A DNA stretch of 38,248 nucleotides from Candidatus Woesearchaeota archaeon. GTDB taxonomy: Archaea; Nanobdellota; Nanobdellia; Woesearchaeales; JASKKU01. The notes beneath the pieces are model-generated. The model saw only the letters and a program-made list of their open reading frames with translations. It did not search any database and was not told the origin of the DNA. The stretch spans positions 1 to 38,248 of the forward strand of contig DSBS01000049.1 of the NCBI GenBank assembly GCA_011045925.1, in the 5' to 3' direction. Below are positions 15,644-24,170 of the stretch, piece by piece; the stretch's first letter is position 1; each line of letters begins with the position of its first letter. A program made the translations under genes and the position numbers.

Positions 15644-16519
15644 CTAATGTTTTTTGCCCTTTTTCGGCTTGGGCTTTGTGTTCGTCTTGGGCGTTTTAGG
15701 TGATTTTTTCTTGGGCTTAGACTTCTCTAGCTTTTTTTTCGGCTTAGCCTGCTTTGACGGCTTTTTTCTGGTTTTTTTGGCTCCTAAAGCTGATTTTGGC
15801 TTCTTTTTTGCTATGGCGGCCTTTTTTGGCTTTGCTTTTGGTTTTGCCTCTGGCTTTGGCATTTTCTTCTTAGGGGCTGGCTTGCCTGCTTCTGGCTTTT
15901 GCTTCTGCTTCTCGAGCTGTGGCTGCATATACCTCTCATTAAAATCCTGGATCTCATGCTCCAGCTTGTCTATTTTCTCTTCTAAATCTGAAATGATGTG
16001 GTCGTTGCTCACCTGGTTCATTATTGAGCCGCATTCTGGGCAGCTGAAATTAAACTCCATGGACTGCTCAAAGCTAAGGCGCATGCATGAGTTGTTGCAG
16101 GAAAAGAAGTTGCTTGCCTTCTCCCTCTCCAGCCTTAAAACCAGCCTGGAAAGCTCCTCATTCTTTATCTTACGGTAAAGGAAAGGGATATCTGAGAGGT
16201 TTAGGGTCCAGTAATATATGTACCAGCCCTTTTTTTTGTCTTTTTTCCTCTTGAAAGTCAGGAAGTTATGCTTCTGGAGCCTGTAAAGCTGGTTTCTCAT
16301 AACATTCAGGTCCAGCTTTAGGTCTTCAGCTATTATAAACTCTGATATGTTCTCTTTTCCCTTAAGATACTCCACGATAGGCAGAACATCCTCTCCACAG
16401 AGAAATGTTATTACCCAATCCTGAATTTTTTTGCCTGCTCTCATTATTTCGAAGAGAAAAATCCTCTGTTTTTCCCTGTTATCTTCGAAATGTTCTTTAT
16501 ATGTGCTGTTTGTACTCAC
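15644..16519 (-). CDS. tfe: Transcription factor E alpha (TFIIE-alpha homolog) with Lys/Pro-rich C-terminal extension
   Basis: Winged helix (NVMRNQLYRLQKHNFLTFKRKKDKKKGWYIYYWTLN). Zn ribbon (FFSCNNSC...FSCPECGS). Residues 201-291 hold 39 Lys and 15 Pro. Confidence 0.85.
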   Translation of the reverse strand: MSTNSTYKEHFEDNREKQRIFLFEIMRAGKKIQDWVITFLCGEDVLPIVEYLKGKENISEFIIAEDLKLDLNVMRNQLYRLQKHNFLTFKRKKDKKKGWYIYYWTLNLSDIPFLYRKIKNEELSRLVLRLEREKASNFFSCNNSCMRLSFEQSMEFNFSCPECGSIMNQVSNDHIISDLEEKIDKLEHEIQDFNERYMQPQLEKQKQKPEAGKPAPKKKMPKPEAKPKAKPKKAAIAKKKPKSALGAKKTRKKPSKQAKPKKKLEKSKPKKKSPKTPKTNTKPKPKKGKKH

Positions 16520-16585
16520 TGTTTCTTATTATTTAGCTCTTTTAAGTTAGATAACTTTTTAAAGTTTACGCATTATTTATGGCTT

Positions 16586-17479
16586 ATGCTAAGAAAGCCT
16601 GCTGTTTCAGGGGCTTTTTACGAGGCTTCCAGGGAAAAGCTTGTGCACCAGATAAAGGGTTGTTTCTTTTCCAGGCTGGGCCCCGGGCGCCTGCCTGACG
16701 AGAAACCAGAACAAGAGGCTTTTGGGCTGGTTGCACCCCACGCAGGCTATGTTTTCTCAGGGGCATGCGCTGCCCATGGCTATGCATGGCTAAGCAGATC
16801 AAAAAAGCAAACCTTTGTTGTCCTTGGGGTAAACCACACAGGGGTAGGCTCAAGCTCGGTTTCGCTCAGTGACTTTGAAACGCCTTTGGGAATTGCTAAA
16901 AATGACATAGAGCTTAGCAGGAAAATCGCATCTTTTTCCAGAATTCCCTGCGACGAAAGGCCGCATTTTTATGAACATTCCATAGAGGTTCAGGTCCCTT
17001 TTCTTCAGTTTATATATAATGAAGGACTCAGGATAGTGCCTATTATTGTAGACTTCAGCTGTGACTACCCGAAACTTGCCTCCGCCATCCTTCTGGCTGC
17101 AAAGGAGCTTGCCAGGGAAGTTGTGGTGATTGCAAGCTCAGACTTTACTCACTACGGACCTAATTACGGAGAAAATAACTTAGGAGAGAATGCTGAAGAG
17201 AAAGTTAAAGAAGATGACCTGAAGATTATACAGAACATCATTAACAAAAGCCCTAAAGTTTTCCTTGAGGCTGCAGGAAAGAAAACCATATGCGGTGTAC
17301 ACACAATAACTGCACTGCTTCATTACATTAGGCTGGCTGAGAAAACAATGCAACTGGATTCAGAGCCAGAGCTCCTTAAGTACTACCAATCATCTGATAT
17401 TATGCCTTCTGGCTCGTTTGTTGGCTATGCCAGCATAGTGTTTAGAAAGATTGGCAAAGCTCTTAAAAAACAGAAGTAG
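16586..17479 (+). CDS. MEMO1-family protein (AmmeMemoRadiSam system protein B type)
   Basis: MLRKPAVSGAFYEAS N-terminus, APHAGYVFSG and SSDFTHYG motifs. Start moved to ATG 16586, which has the TATA CTTTTTAAAG (16555-16564) about 26 nt upstream. Confidence 0.82.
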   Translation: MLRKPAVSGAFYEASREKLVHQIKGCFFSRLGPGRLPDEKPEQEAFGLVAPHAGYVFSGACAAHGYAWLSRSKKQTFVVLGVNHTGVGSSSVSLSDFETPLGIAKNDIELSRKIASFSRIPCDERPHFYEHSIEVQVPFLQFIYNEGLRIVPIIVDFSCDYPKLASAILLAAKELAREVVVIASSDFTHYGPNYGENNLGENAEEKVKEDDLKIIQNIINKSPKVFLEAAGKKTICGVHTITALLHYIRLAEKTMQLDSEPELLKYYQSSDIMPSGSFVGYASIVFRKIGKALKKQK

Positions 17480-17969
17480 TTCTCCTCTCCTTAGGCAGGA
17501 AATTAATAATTCTTCCCACGGCAACCCTGCCTGAGCCAATAAAGTCGTTGCCATGCTTTAAGATAACAAAGGGATTTGCATCTGTGTTAGCCGACTCTTT
17601 AATCTTCTGCTCAAGCCTTGCATCCAAAGCTATATCCTTTCCCATAAACCATTGCTTTGCGTTTTCTTCATTCACCTCAACCACATTTCTAATAGCAGCC
17701 GGCCCGACAATAAAGCATCCCTCGTTTGAAAGCCGCGGCTCTTTTTGAAGGTTGGCAAAATATATGCCAAACCTATTTATGTTGAGCTTTGAAAAGTCCA
17801 GCTCCAGCTCTTCCCTTGAGAATACATAAACCCTTTTCTTTGACTCAGAGTAGAAAAAGTGGTACTGCTTTGAAAATCTGCTGAGGTCTGTACCGAATGC
17901 CTCGCTGAGCTGGGAAAGCAAATGCTTTACATCGCGCGAGTTCATTACATTATATACGGATATGTTCAT
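17463..17969 (-). CDS. Nip7-like / PUA-like domain protein (ribosome biogenesis, tentative)
   Basis: 168 aa. C-terminal VILKHGNDFIGSGRVAVGRIINFLPKERR resembles the PUA-type ends of Nip7 and RsmF. The 3' end overlaps the convergent MEMO gene by 17 nt. Confidence 0.5.
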   Translation of the reverse strand: MNISVYNVMNSRDVKHLLSQLSEAFGTDLSRFSKQYHFFYSESKKRVYVFSREELELDFSKLNINRFGIYFANLQKEPRLSNEGCFIVGPAAIRNVVEVNEENAKQWFMGKDIALDARLEQKIKESANTDANPFVILKHGNDFIGSGRVAVGRIINFLPKERRTTSVF

Positions 17970-18012
17970 AAATGCCTGAAATAAAGTCTGTTTTAAATCT
18001 TTTCTGGTTCAT

Positions 18013-19776
18013 TTAAAGCCCAAAAGAAGGGTCTCTCTGCTTCATAATGCTGGCTATTTCCCTTAGAAGTTCTATCTGATCAGGGGAAAGCATCTTCTTT
18101 GCCTCCCTGTATTTCTTGAATTCGACTGAGGAAATAAGAGTGTAAAGAATATCATTTTCCTTAATCTGCCTGCCAAAAGTAACCTTAGGGAGCGAAACCG
18201 CAACCTGCGCATTCTTCTTTACCTCAGGAACATTCTCGCAATTAAGCTGAACCTGCTTAACCCTGGTTACAGGTGCGCCTTCTGTATTCATTACCGGAGT
18301 GTCTGGCTTGAGCACGCCAGAAAGCACCTCTACACCAACGATTGCAGGGTTGGATTCCCTGAAAACATAATTCGGGAGTATCCTGAGCTTGCAGATAGAA
18401 GGGATTTTGCTTAGCTTGTTTTTTTCCAGCTGCCTGCTTTTCTCTTCCACCCAGTCTTGATAACGCTCAATTATTTTATATATTACAGGCTCAGATATAA
18501 TCTCGACACCCTCATCATTTGGCTCATCCTTAAGCTCTGAGTTAAACCCAAGGATAACGCCCTTAAGGGCATCCTTTTCTTTCATTGCATGAGCCTCAAT
18601 CAGGTCTTTTTTTGTAATGCTTCCAATCCCTGCTTTTTTTACAGGGATGTTGTTTTCCTGAAGCAGCTTCTGAAGAGCTTCAAGGCTGCCCAGGCTGTCT
18701 GCCTTAATTACCAAGCCATCATGGTCGCGCTCAAACACAACCTGCCCTACATCTTTCTTAACCTCAGACACTGCCCTTTCCAGCTCCTGCTGGCTTCTGG
18801 CTGATACAAGCGGCATTCCAGACAAAGCCCGCTCAAGGCTTTGTGCATATATTCTTATTCCTTCTGCTGCAACAACCTCTTTCGCTGGCTTGAACCTGCA
18901 TTTCTTGTCCCTTATCTCGCTTAAGGGAGGCTGTACAAAAATCCCTTTGACCTTGGAAGAGCCAGGCTCGTCCAGGGTTCCAAAAACAATGCTGTCAGAA
19001 ACTCTAAGAACCCCATCATAAAGGATTGCATCAATAACCGTCCCAAACCCAGGAATATCTTTAACCTCAAGAATGGTTGCCTTTGCTTCCTTGCCTGGAT
19101 TCAGCTGGAGTGTCTTTTCCAGGTATTTCTGGGAGAGTGCAAGAATAACTGTAATCAGCTCTGGAATTCCCTCGCCGGTCTTTGCAGAAACAGGAACTAT
19201 GCTGACCTGTTTTGTATAATCTTCAACCCGGTCAAACCTCTCTGCATTAAAGCCCTGCTCAAATATTGAGCCAACCAGCTCATAGAGCTTTTTATCAATC
19301 TGGGCTTTTACAGGCTCTGCCTGGGATTCTATATTCTTAAGCACAAAAGCCTTTGAGTCTGACCTATAGCCTGGAACAAGGTCAAGCTTGTTTGCAGCAA
19401 CCACAAGAGGCGTTTTGTATTCTTTCAGTATCTGGAGAGACTCTACAGTCTGAGGCTTAAAGCCTTCATTGATATCAACAACAAGTATCGATATGTCTGC
19501 AAGGTTTCCTCCCCTTCTCCTAAGGTTAGAAAAGGCTGCATGGCCCGGCGTATCTATGAACAACAGCCCTGGGATAGATACCTCTTTTCCAAGCGACTGC
19601 CAGAGCATCCCGCAAAACCTTTTAAGCTCTTTTACAGGAACCTTGGAAGCCCCGATTGCCTGAGTAATGCCACCTGCCTCCCTGGAAATAATAGAGCTGC
19701 CTCTGATAAAGTCAAGTATGCTTGATTTTCCATGGTCTACATGCCCCACAACCGAACATATTGGATACCTAATCAT
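18013..19776 (-). CDS. infB: Translation initiation factor aIF5B (IF-2)
   Basis: GTPase motifs VVGHVDHGKSS, DTPGHAAF and NKLD; 587 aa. TATA GTTTATAAAAG lies about 27 nt upstream of the ATG (leaderless). Confidence 0.93.
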   Translation of the reverse strand: MIRYPICSVVGHVDHGKSSILDFIRGSSIISREAGGITQAIGASKVPVKELKRFCGMLWQSLGKEVSIPGLLFIDTPGHAAFSNLRRRGGNLADISILVVDINEGFKPQTVESLQILKEYKTPLVVAANKLDLVPGYRSDSKAFVLKNIESQAEPVKAQIDKKLYELVGSIFEQGFNAERFDRVEDYTKQVSIVPVSAKTGEGIPELITVILALSQKYLEKTLQLNPGKEAKATILEVKDIPGFGTVIDAILYDGVLRVSDSIVFGTLDEPGSSKVKGIFVQPPLSEIRDKKCRFKPAKEVVAAEGIRIYAQSLERALSGMPLVSARSQQELERAVSEVKKDVGQVVFERDHDGLVIKADSLGSLEALQKLLQENNIPVKKAGIGSITKKDLIEAHAMKEKDALKGVILGFNSELKDEPNDEGVEIISEPVIYKIIERYQDWVEEKSRQLEKNKLSKIPSICKLRILPNYVFRESNPAIVGVEVLSGVLKPDTPVMNTEGAPVTRVKQVQLNCENVPEVKKNAQVAVSLPKVTFGRQIKENDILYTLISSVEFKKYREAKKMLSPDQIELLREIASIMKQRDPSFGL

Positions 19777-19835
19777 AAAAAAGCAAGATAAAAAGGGCTT
19801 TTATAAACATTTTCCAAAAAATAAGCTCTTAAGGG

Positions 19836-20951
19836 CTAAATGTCAACAGTAATCCTGGCTGACTTTGAATCAATAGAAACCTTATAGCCTTGCTCCCTCA
19901 GGGCTTCTTCAATCTTTTTCCAGTCCTTAACGCTTTTCCTGAGCTCGTTCACTTTTGAGACTAGTTCAGAAAGCATTTGATAGTTTTCGTAAACTGCCTC
20001 ACCCTGCGACTTGCACTCAGCATACTCTTTTTCTGCTGATGCCAGGGTTTTTGCCTGTGATTCAAGGATTTTCCTGGTTTTCGACCTATCCTTTTCAGAT
20101 TGTGCCTTTTCAGCAAATTCAAAAATAGATGAAAAGTAGCTCTCCACAACTTCTGAAAAGGATGAAAACTGCCGGTTTTCATCATGGCCTGGAAAGGGAA
20201 CTGGGGAAAACGGCACCTTGGCTGAGCAGTAGCCCTTAGGCTCATAACCTAGAAGGTTCCTAAAGGCTGAAAAAAGGATGCCTGAAGACTTTTTATCAAA
20301 AGAACCAAGAGGCATATTTTTATCTATTTCAGCATGGCTGCAAAGCACCTCAGCATAAAACCCGCCAAGGCCCAGAGAAACAGCCAGCGCCTTAACAACA
20401 TTCTCTTTGCCTGAATGCTTAATAGCTAACAGGAATTCTTCACCAGAAAAATTCAGCGGGTTTTCTCTCCTGGGAAAATTGTACCTCTCTCCTTTTTTAA
20501 CAGCCCTTGTGCTAAACTCTTCTGAATGCCACGGCTGGATAATCTTATCTTCAGAATCGCAAAGAACCACATTTCCTGGAGGGAGAAACTCAAAATAAAG
20601 CCTAAAAAGGCTCTCTCGCTGAAACTCAACCTGCAATGCACGCTCAAAACCAAGCTGAGAAAAGCCCGCAATCCTTGCCCCGGAAAGCATTTTTCTCAAG
20701 AGCATAACAAAAGAGCTAGGCTTCTGCGGCTTATCGTAATCAACAGATGACCTGAAAAAGAGGCTTGGCACAGAAAAGACAAAATCCTGCTTTTTGTGCT
20801 TCGGGTTATGCAGCTTGAGCTGAAAGCATCCCTGCTTCTGGATGTTGTAAACCTTAACAACCTTGGAGCCCATCAAAAAGTCATTCAGCTCCTTTGCCAT
20901 AAAAAAAACATCCAGCGAAGAAAAGCCGCTGGTTATCTTTCCGCCTGCCAT
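19836..20951 (-). CDS. NFACT-N domain protein (short RqcH/NEMF/Tae2-like ribosome quality-control factor)
   Basis: PSSFVMLLRKMLSGARI..SQLGFERALQVEF...PPGNVVLCD...VKKGERYNFP matches the NFACT-N pattern. HhH-like LGLGGFYAEVLCSHAEID, then a coiled coil. Only 371 aa. Confidence 0.78.
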   Translation of the reverse strand: MAGGKITSGFSSLDVFFMAKELNDFLMGSKVVKVYNIQKQGCFQLKLHNPKHKKQDFVFSVPSLFFRSSVDYDKPQKPSSFVMLLRKMLSGARIAGFSQLGFERALQVEFQRESLFRLYFEFLPPGNVVLCDSEDKIIQPWHSEEFSTRAVKKGERYNFPRRENPLNFSGEEFLLAIKHSGKENVVKALAVSLGLGGFYAEVLCSHAEIDKNMPLGSFDKKSSGILFSAFRNLLGYEPKGYCSAKVPFSPVPFPGHDENRQFSSFSEVVESYFSSIFEFAEKAQSEKDRSKTRKILESQAKTLASAEKEYAECKSQGEAVYENYQMLSELVSKVNELRKSVKDWKKIEEALREQGYKVSIDSKSARITVDI

Positions 20952-20953
20952 GC

Positions 20954-21448
20954 TTAAGACTGAAGTGAAAGCTCATATATAAAATCTTTCAGTAAGGTTT
21001 TTTCTGCAGATGAAAAAGAGGTGGTGTCTATTACAAGAACCTTGTGTTTGTTTTCCTTGGCTTCTTCATAGCAGGTGTTGAAGATTTCCGCCTGAATGTT
21101 TTCCTGGATTTTTTTAAGCGGATACTTCCTTTTCTTTAGCCTTTTGAAAAGCTCAGAAACCTCTGTTCTTAAGACAATGCAAAGGTCTGAAAGCCTGTGT
21201 GAAACAATGTGAGACAAATGCCCTTCCACAAAGATCTTGTGATTTTTCCTTATGCAGCGCTCAATCTCCCTTTTCAGCCGATTCTCATCAACGTCCCAGG
21301 TTCTCAGCTTCCTGTTGTAGCCTAAAGCCAGGTTTTTTTCCTTTACTAGGTTAGTTATGCTAAGGCACTCTGCCCCAAGGCTTTTAGCAAGAAGACATGC
21401 AGCAGTGCTTTTTCCTGTCCCAGGAGTCCCTGATATAAGAATCCTCAT
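20954..21448 (-). CDS. Adenylate kinase isoenzyme 6 / Fap7 homolog
   Basis: MRILISGTPGTGKST P-loop, VEGHLSH, VLRT..SELFKRLKKRKYP..KIQENIQAEI. ATGA overlap with the upstream permease stop. Confidence 0.82.
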   Translation of the reverse strand: MRILISGTPGTGKSTAACLLAKSLGAECLSITNLVKEKNLALGYNRKLRTWDVDENRLKREIERCIRKNHKIFVEGHLSHIVSHRLSDLCIVLRTEVSELFKRLKKRKYPLKKIQENIQAEIFNTCYEEAKENKHKVLVIDTTSFSSAEKTLLKDFIYELSLQS

Positions 21449-23208
21449 TTTTTCCTTTTATCTTTCACTGCTCTTTTTCTTACGGCCTTTCCCTCTTTTA
21501 CTGTTTTTTTTGGCGCGGGCTTCCTTTCCTTCTTGTAAAGCCTGGATGTCCTTAGCTTCCTGAAAGTAGAGAAGCTAAAAAATGACAAAAACAACAGCAC
21601 TGCTGCAAGAATCCCAATATAAGCAAAATCAAAAAGCATCTCGTCAAAACCTGTAGCGCCATGAATGATAATCCTGTGCAGCGAAGCCCTTAATACCTCG
21701 TAAGGGTTGTAAACAATCAGGCTCTGGAAAGGCTCTGCTATAAACTCCACCGGCAGTATTTCGCCCGAAAGAACCAGGAGTATAAGAGTCACAACTATCG
21801 AAAAAAAGAAAGCCATCTCTTTGGAATCGCTGATGTTGCCTATCAGTATCCCGCCAAAAGAGAAAAGAATGGCCGAGCAGGCTGAAACAAAAGCCAGCAT
21901 AAGAAACACATTAAGGCTTAGGCTCAGCAGGATAACTACTACCAGCATAAAAACTAAAGCCTGGCCGATAACAAGAATCAGCGATGAAGCAAGGATAGAG
22001 AAGTAAAAGAAAAGCCTTGGCTTATGGGACAAGGTTTCTCTCAGCCCTCCCCTTGAGTCTCTGTTAAAGATAACAAGTGAAGAAGAAAACAAAAGAGACG
22101 AAGAAGCGAGAAGGATTAAAAAGACAGAAGGGATTGCAATGCCGAGCTTGGATGACTCAGTAACAGGCACAATGGAAGTGCTTATTGGCTCAAGTATCTT
22201 TTCTGCCTTTCTTATTTCAAGCCTCTCAAATTCGGCATTGCTGTCTTTTAGCGCTTTTGATACAAGGGAAATCTCAGTAAGGGCGTCATCAACCAGGTCA
22301 AGCAGGCCTTTGATGTCAGAAGAGACAGACTTCTTCATTTTCTCAATATCATCAAAGCTTTTTGTTGAGTCTGAGTAGAACTTAGTGAAGCTGTTAACAT
22401 TTGCAGACAAAGACTTTATCAGGCTGTCTGAATTGTTCAGAACCTCAAAATGAGACACAGAGGTTTGGTTCAGGGTGTCCCGGTAGCTTTGGTTAACATC
22501 ACAGCCGCAGTCCTCCATCGCGCTGATAAGGCCCTGCGAAAGCCTCCTGAACTTATTTGAGTTTGATGATGCCTGGCGGAACCTTGTAATTAGAGAAGAA
22601 GCAGACTGGGAAAAATTCAGGGCATTAAGATTGGGGTAAGAAACATCAATTCCTGAAAGCTCGGATTGAAGATCTAGCAAAGACTCCTGAGCTGATTCAA
22701 GGTCTTTGGAAACCTCCCTTAACTGAGCTTCAGCTTCATCAAGCATGCCTGACACATTGTCAATGGCTAATAGCATGTCGCCTATCAGCCTATGCCTCTG
22801 GCGTGAGCTGTACTCGCTAAACTCAGACATTACCTGGTCCAGGATGTAATATACAACATTTATCCTGCTTGTGTCTATATAAAAAAAAAGAGACTCGTTG
22901 TAATCCTCGCTGATTTCAAGGTTGTCCGGAAAAGAAAGGCAGATCTTGGATTTTCCTTCGGAAACTGAAGACACGCAGCCTTCTTCAGTAGGGAATTCAT
23001 GCAGAATAAAGCCTGAATCTGCCAGAAGAGAAATAATGGCTTCAGAAGTCTCAGAAGACTGATTAAGAAAATATGACACATGAACAACCTGCGAGTCCTC
23101 GCTGAAAAACGAAACCAGGGCAAAAAGGATAAGGAATGTTCCGAGCACCATAATAATTGATGATGACTTGTTCCTGAAAAAGATGCTCAGGTTTTTTCTG
23201 ATTATCAT
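21445..23208 (-). CDS. ABC-2 type permease with large extracytoplasmic helical domain (YhgE/Pip-like architecture) and Lys-rich tail
   Basis: N-terminal TM, a ~330-aa hydrophilic Ser/Leu/Glu-rich domain, a C-terminal bundle of about 5 TM segments, and the tail KKERKPAPKKTVKEGKAVRKRAVKDKRKK. Confidence 0.7.
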   Translation of the reverse strand: MIIRKNLSIFFRNKSSSIIMVLGTFLILFALVSFFSEDSQVVHVSYFLNQSSETSEAIISLLADSGFILHEFPTEEGCVSSVSEGKSKICLSFPDNLEISEDYNESLFFYIDTSRINVVYYILDQVMSEFSEYSSRQRHRLIGDMLLAIDNVSGMLDEAEAQLREVSKDLESAQESLLDLQSELSGIDVSYPNLNALNFSQSASSLITRFRQASSNSNKFRRLSQGLISAMEDCGCDVNQSYRDTLNQTSVSHFEVLNNSDSLIKSLSANVNSFTKFYSDSTKSFDDIEKMKKSVSSDIKGLLDLVDDALTEISLVSKALKDSNAEFERLEIRKAEKILEPISTSIVPVTESSKLGIAIPSVFLILLASSSLLFSSSLVIFNRDSRGGLRETLSHKPRLFFYFSILASSLILVIGQALVFMLVVVILLSLSLNVFLMLAFVSACSAILFSFGGILIGNISDSKEMAFFFSIVVTLILLVLSGEILPVEFIAEPFQSLIVYNPYEVLRASLHRIIIHGATGFDEMLFDFAYIGILAAVLLFLSFFSFSTFRKLRTSRLYKKERKPAPKKTVKEGKAVRKRAVKDKRKK

Positions 23209-24125
23209 TCTTTTCTTTCCTCGTTTGAAACCATCTTAACAAAAATATCCTCAAGCGAGGGCTGGCTTACCCTTACTTCCGAAACTTTTATTGACTCCTT
23301 TTCCAGGAAGTAAAAAAGCTCCTTAATCTGCATATTGTCCTTTTTGTGAATCATTGTTGCTGTGTTTGCTGAAAAAACAAGCCTGCTATCCTTAAAAGCA
23401 GCCTTCATTTTGTTTAAATCCTCAGCAGATGAAAACGCTATCTTGGTCTTAAATGTCTGCTTAACCTTGTCCATGAACTCACTTGAATCGCCAAAAAACA
23501 TCTGCTTCCCATCATTTACAACGAGAAGCTTATTGCAGACTCTCTCAAGGTCATAGAGAATGTGCGAAGTAATCATAAAAGTGCATCCTCTCTTAGCAAG
23601 AATATCAATAAGAACAAAAATCTTTTTCCTAAGGATTGGGTCCAGCTCCCCAACAGGCTCATCAAGAATAACAAACTCGGGCTGATTTATAAGTGCGATT
23701 GCAATGTCCAGCCTTCTTTTCATTCCGCCTGAAAGCTTCTCTGCCGGGCGTTTTTCAAACCGCCTTAGCTCAAGGAAATCGATAAGAAACGCGTAATTCT
23801 TTTCAAAAATATTTCTGTTGTGCCGGCCGGAAATCCTTGAGAAGTAAGCCAAGTTGTCCTTTACCGTTAGCTCATCAAAAAAACTGGGCTGCTGAAAGGA
23901 AATGCCGAGCTTTTCTCTCTCAAACCCAAGAAAAATTCTTCCTGAAAAATCAGTAACAAGCCCGGCAACAGCTCGGATGATTGTGGTTTTCCCGCTTCCG
24001 CTCACTCCAAGTATGCCGAGGAAGTCCTTCTTCTTGAGAGAGAAAGAAATGCCATCAATCGAAAAGCCCTTCCTATACCTAAAAGAAAGGTTTTTTACCT
24101 GCAGGATTGTCATGTTCTTTATCAA
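23205..24125 (-). CDS. ABC transporter ATP-binding protein
   Basis: Walker A GVSGSGKTT, signature LSGGMKRRL, Walker B FVILDEPVGELD. ATGA overlap with the downstream permease. Confidence 0.9.
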   Translation of the reverse strand: MIKNMTILQVKNLSFRYRKGFSIDGISFSLKKKDFLGILGVSGSGKTTIIRAVAGLVTDFSGRIFLGFEREKLGISFQQPSFFDELTVKDNLAYFSRISGRHNRNIFEKNYAFLIDFLELRRFEKRPAEKLSGGMKRRLDIAIALINQPEFVILDEPVGELDPILRKKIFVLIDILAKRGCTFMITSHILYDLERVCNKLLVVNDGKQMFFGDSSEFMDKVKQTFKTKIAFSSAEDLNKMKAAFKDSRLVFSANTATMIHKKDNMQIKELFYFLEKESIKVSEVRVSQPSLEDIFVKMVSNEERKE

Positions 24126-24170
24126 CTCGCTTCTTATTAAGAATCTTTCGAAAATTCGCTTAACCCTTTA

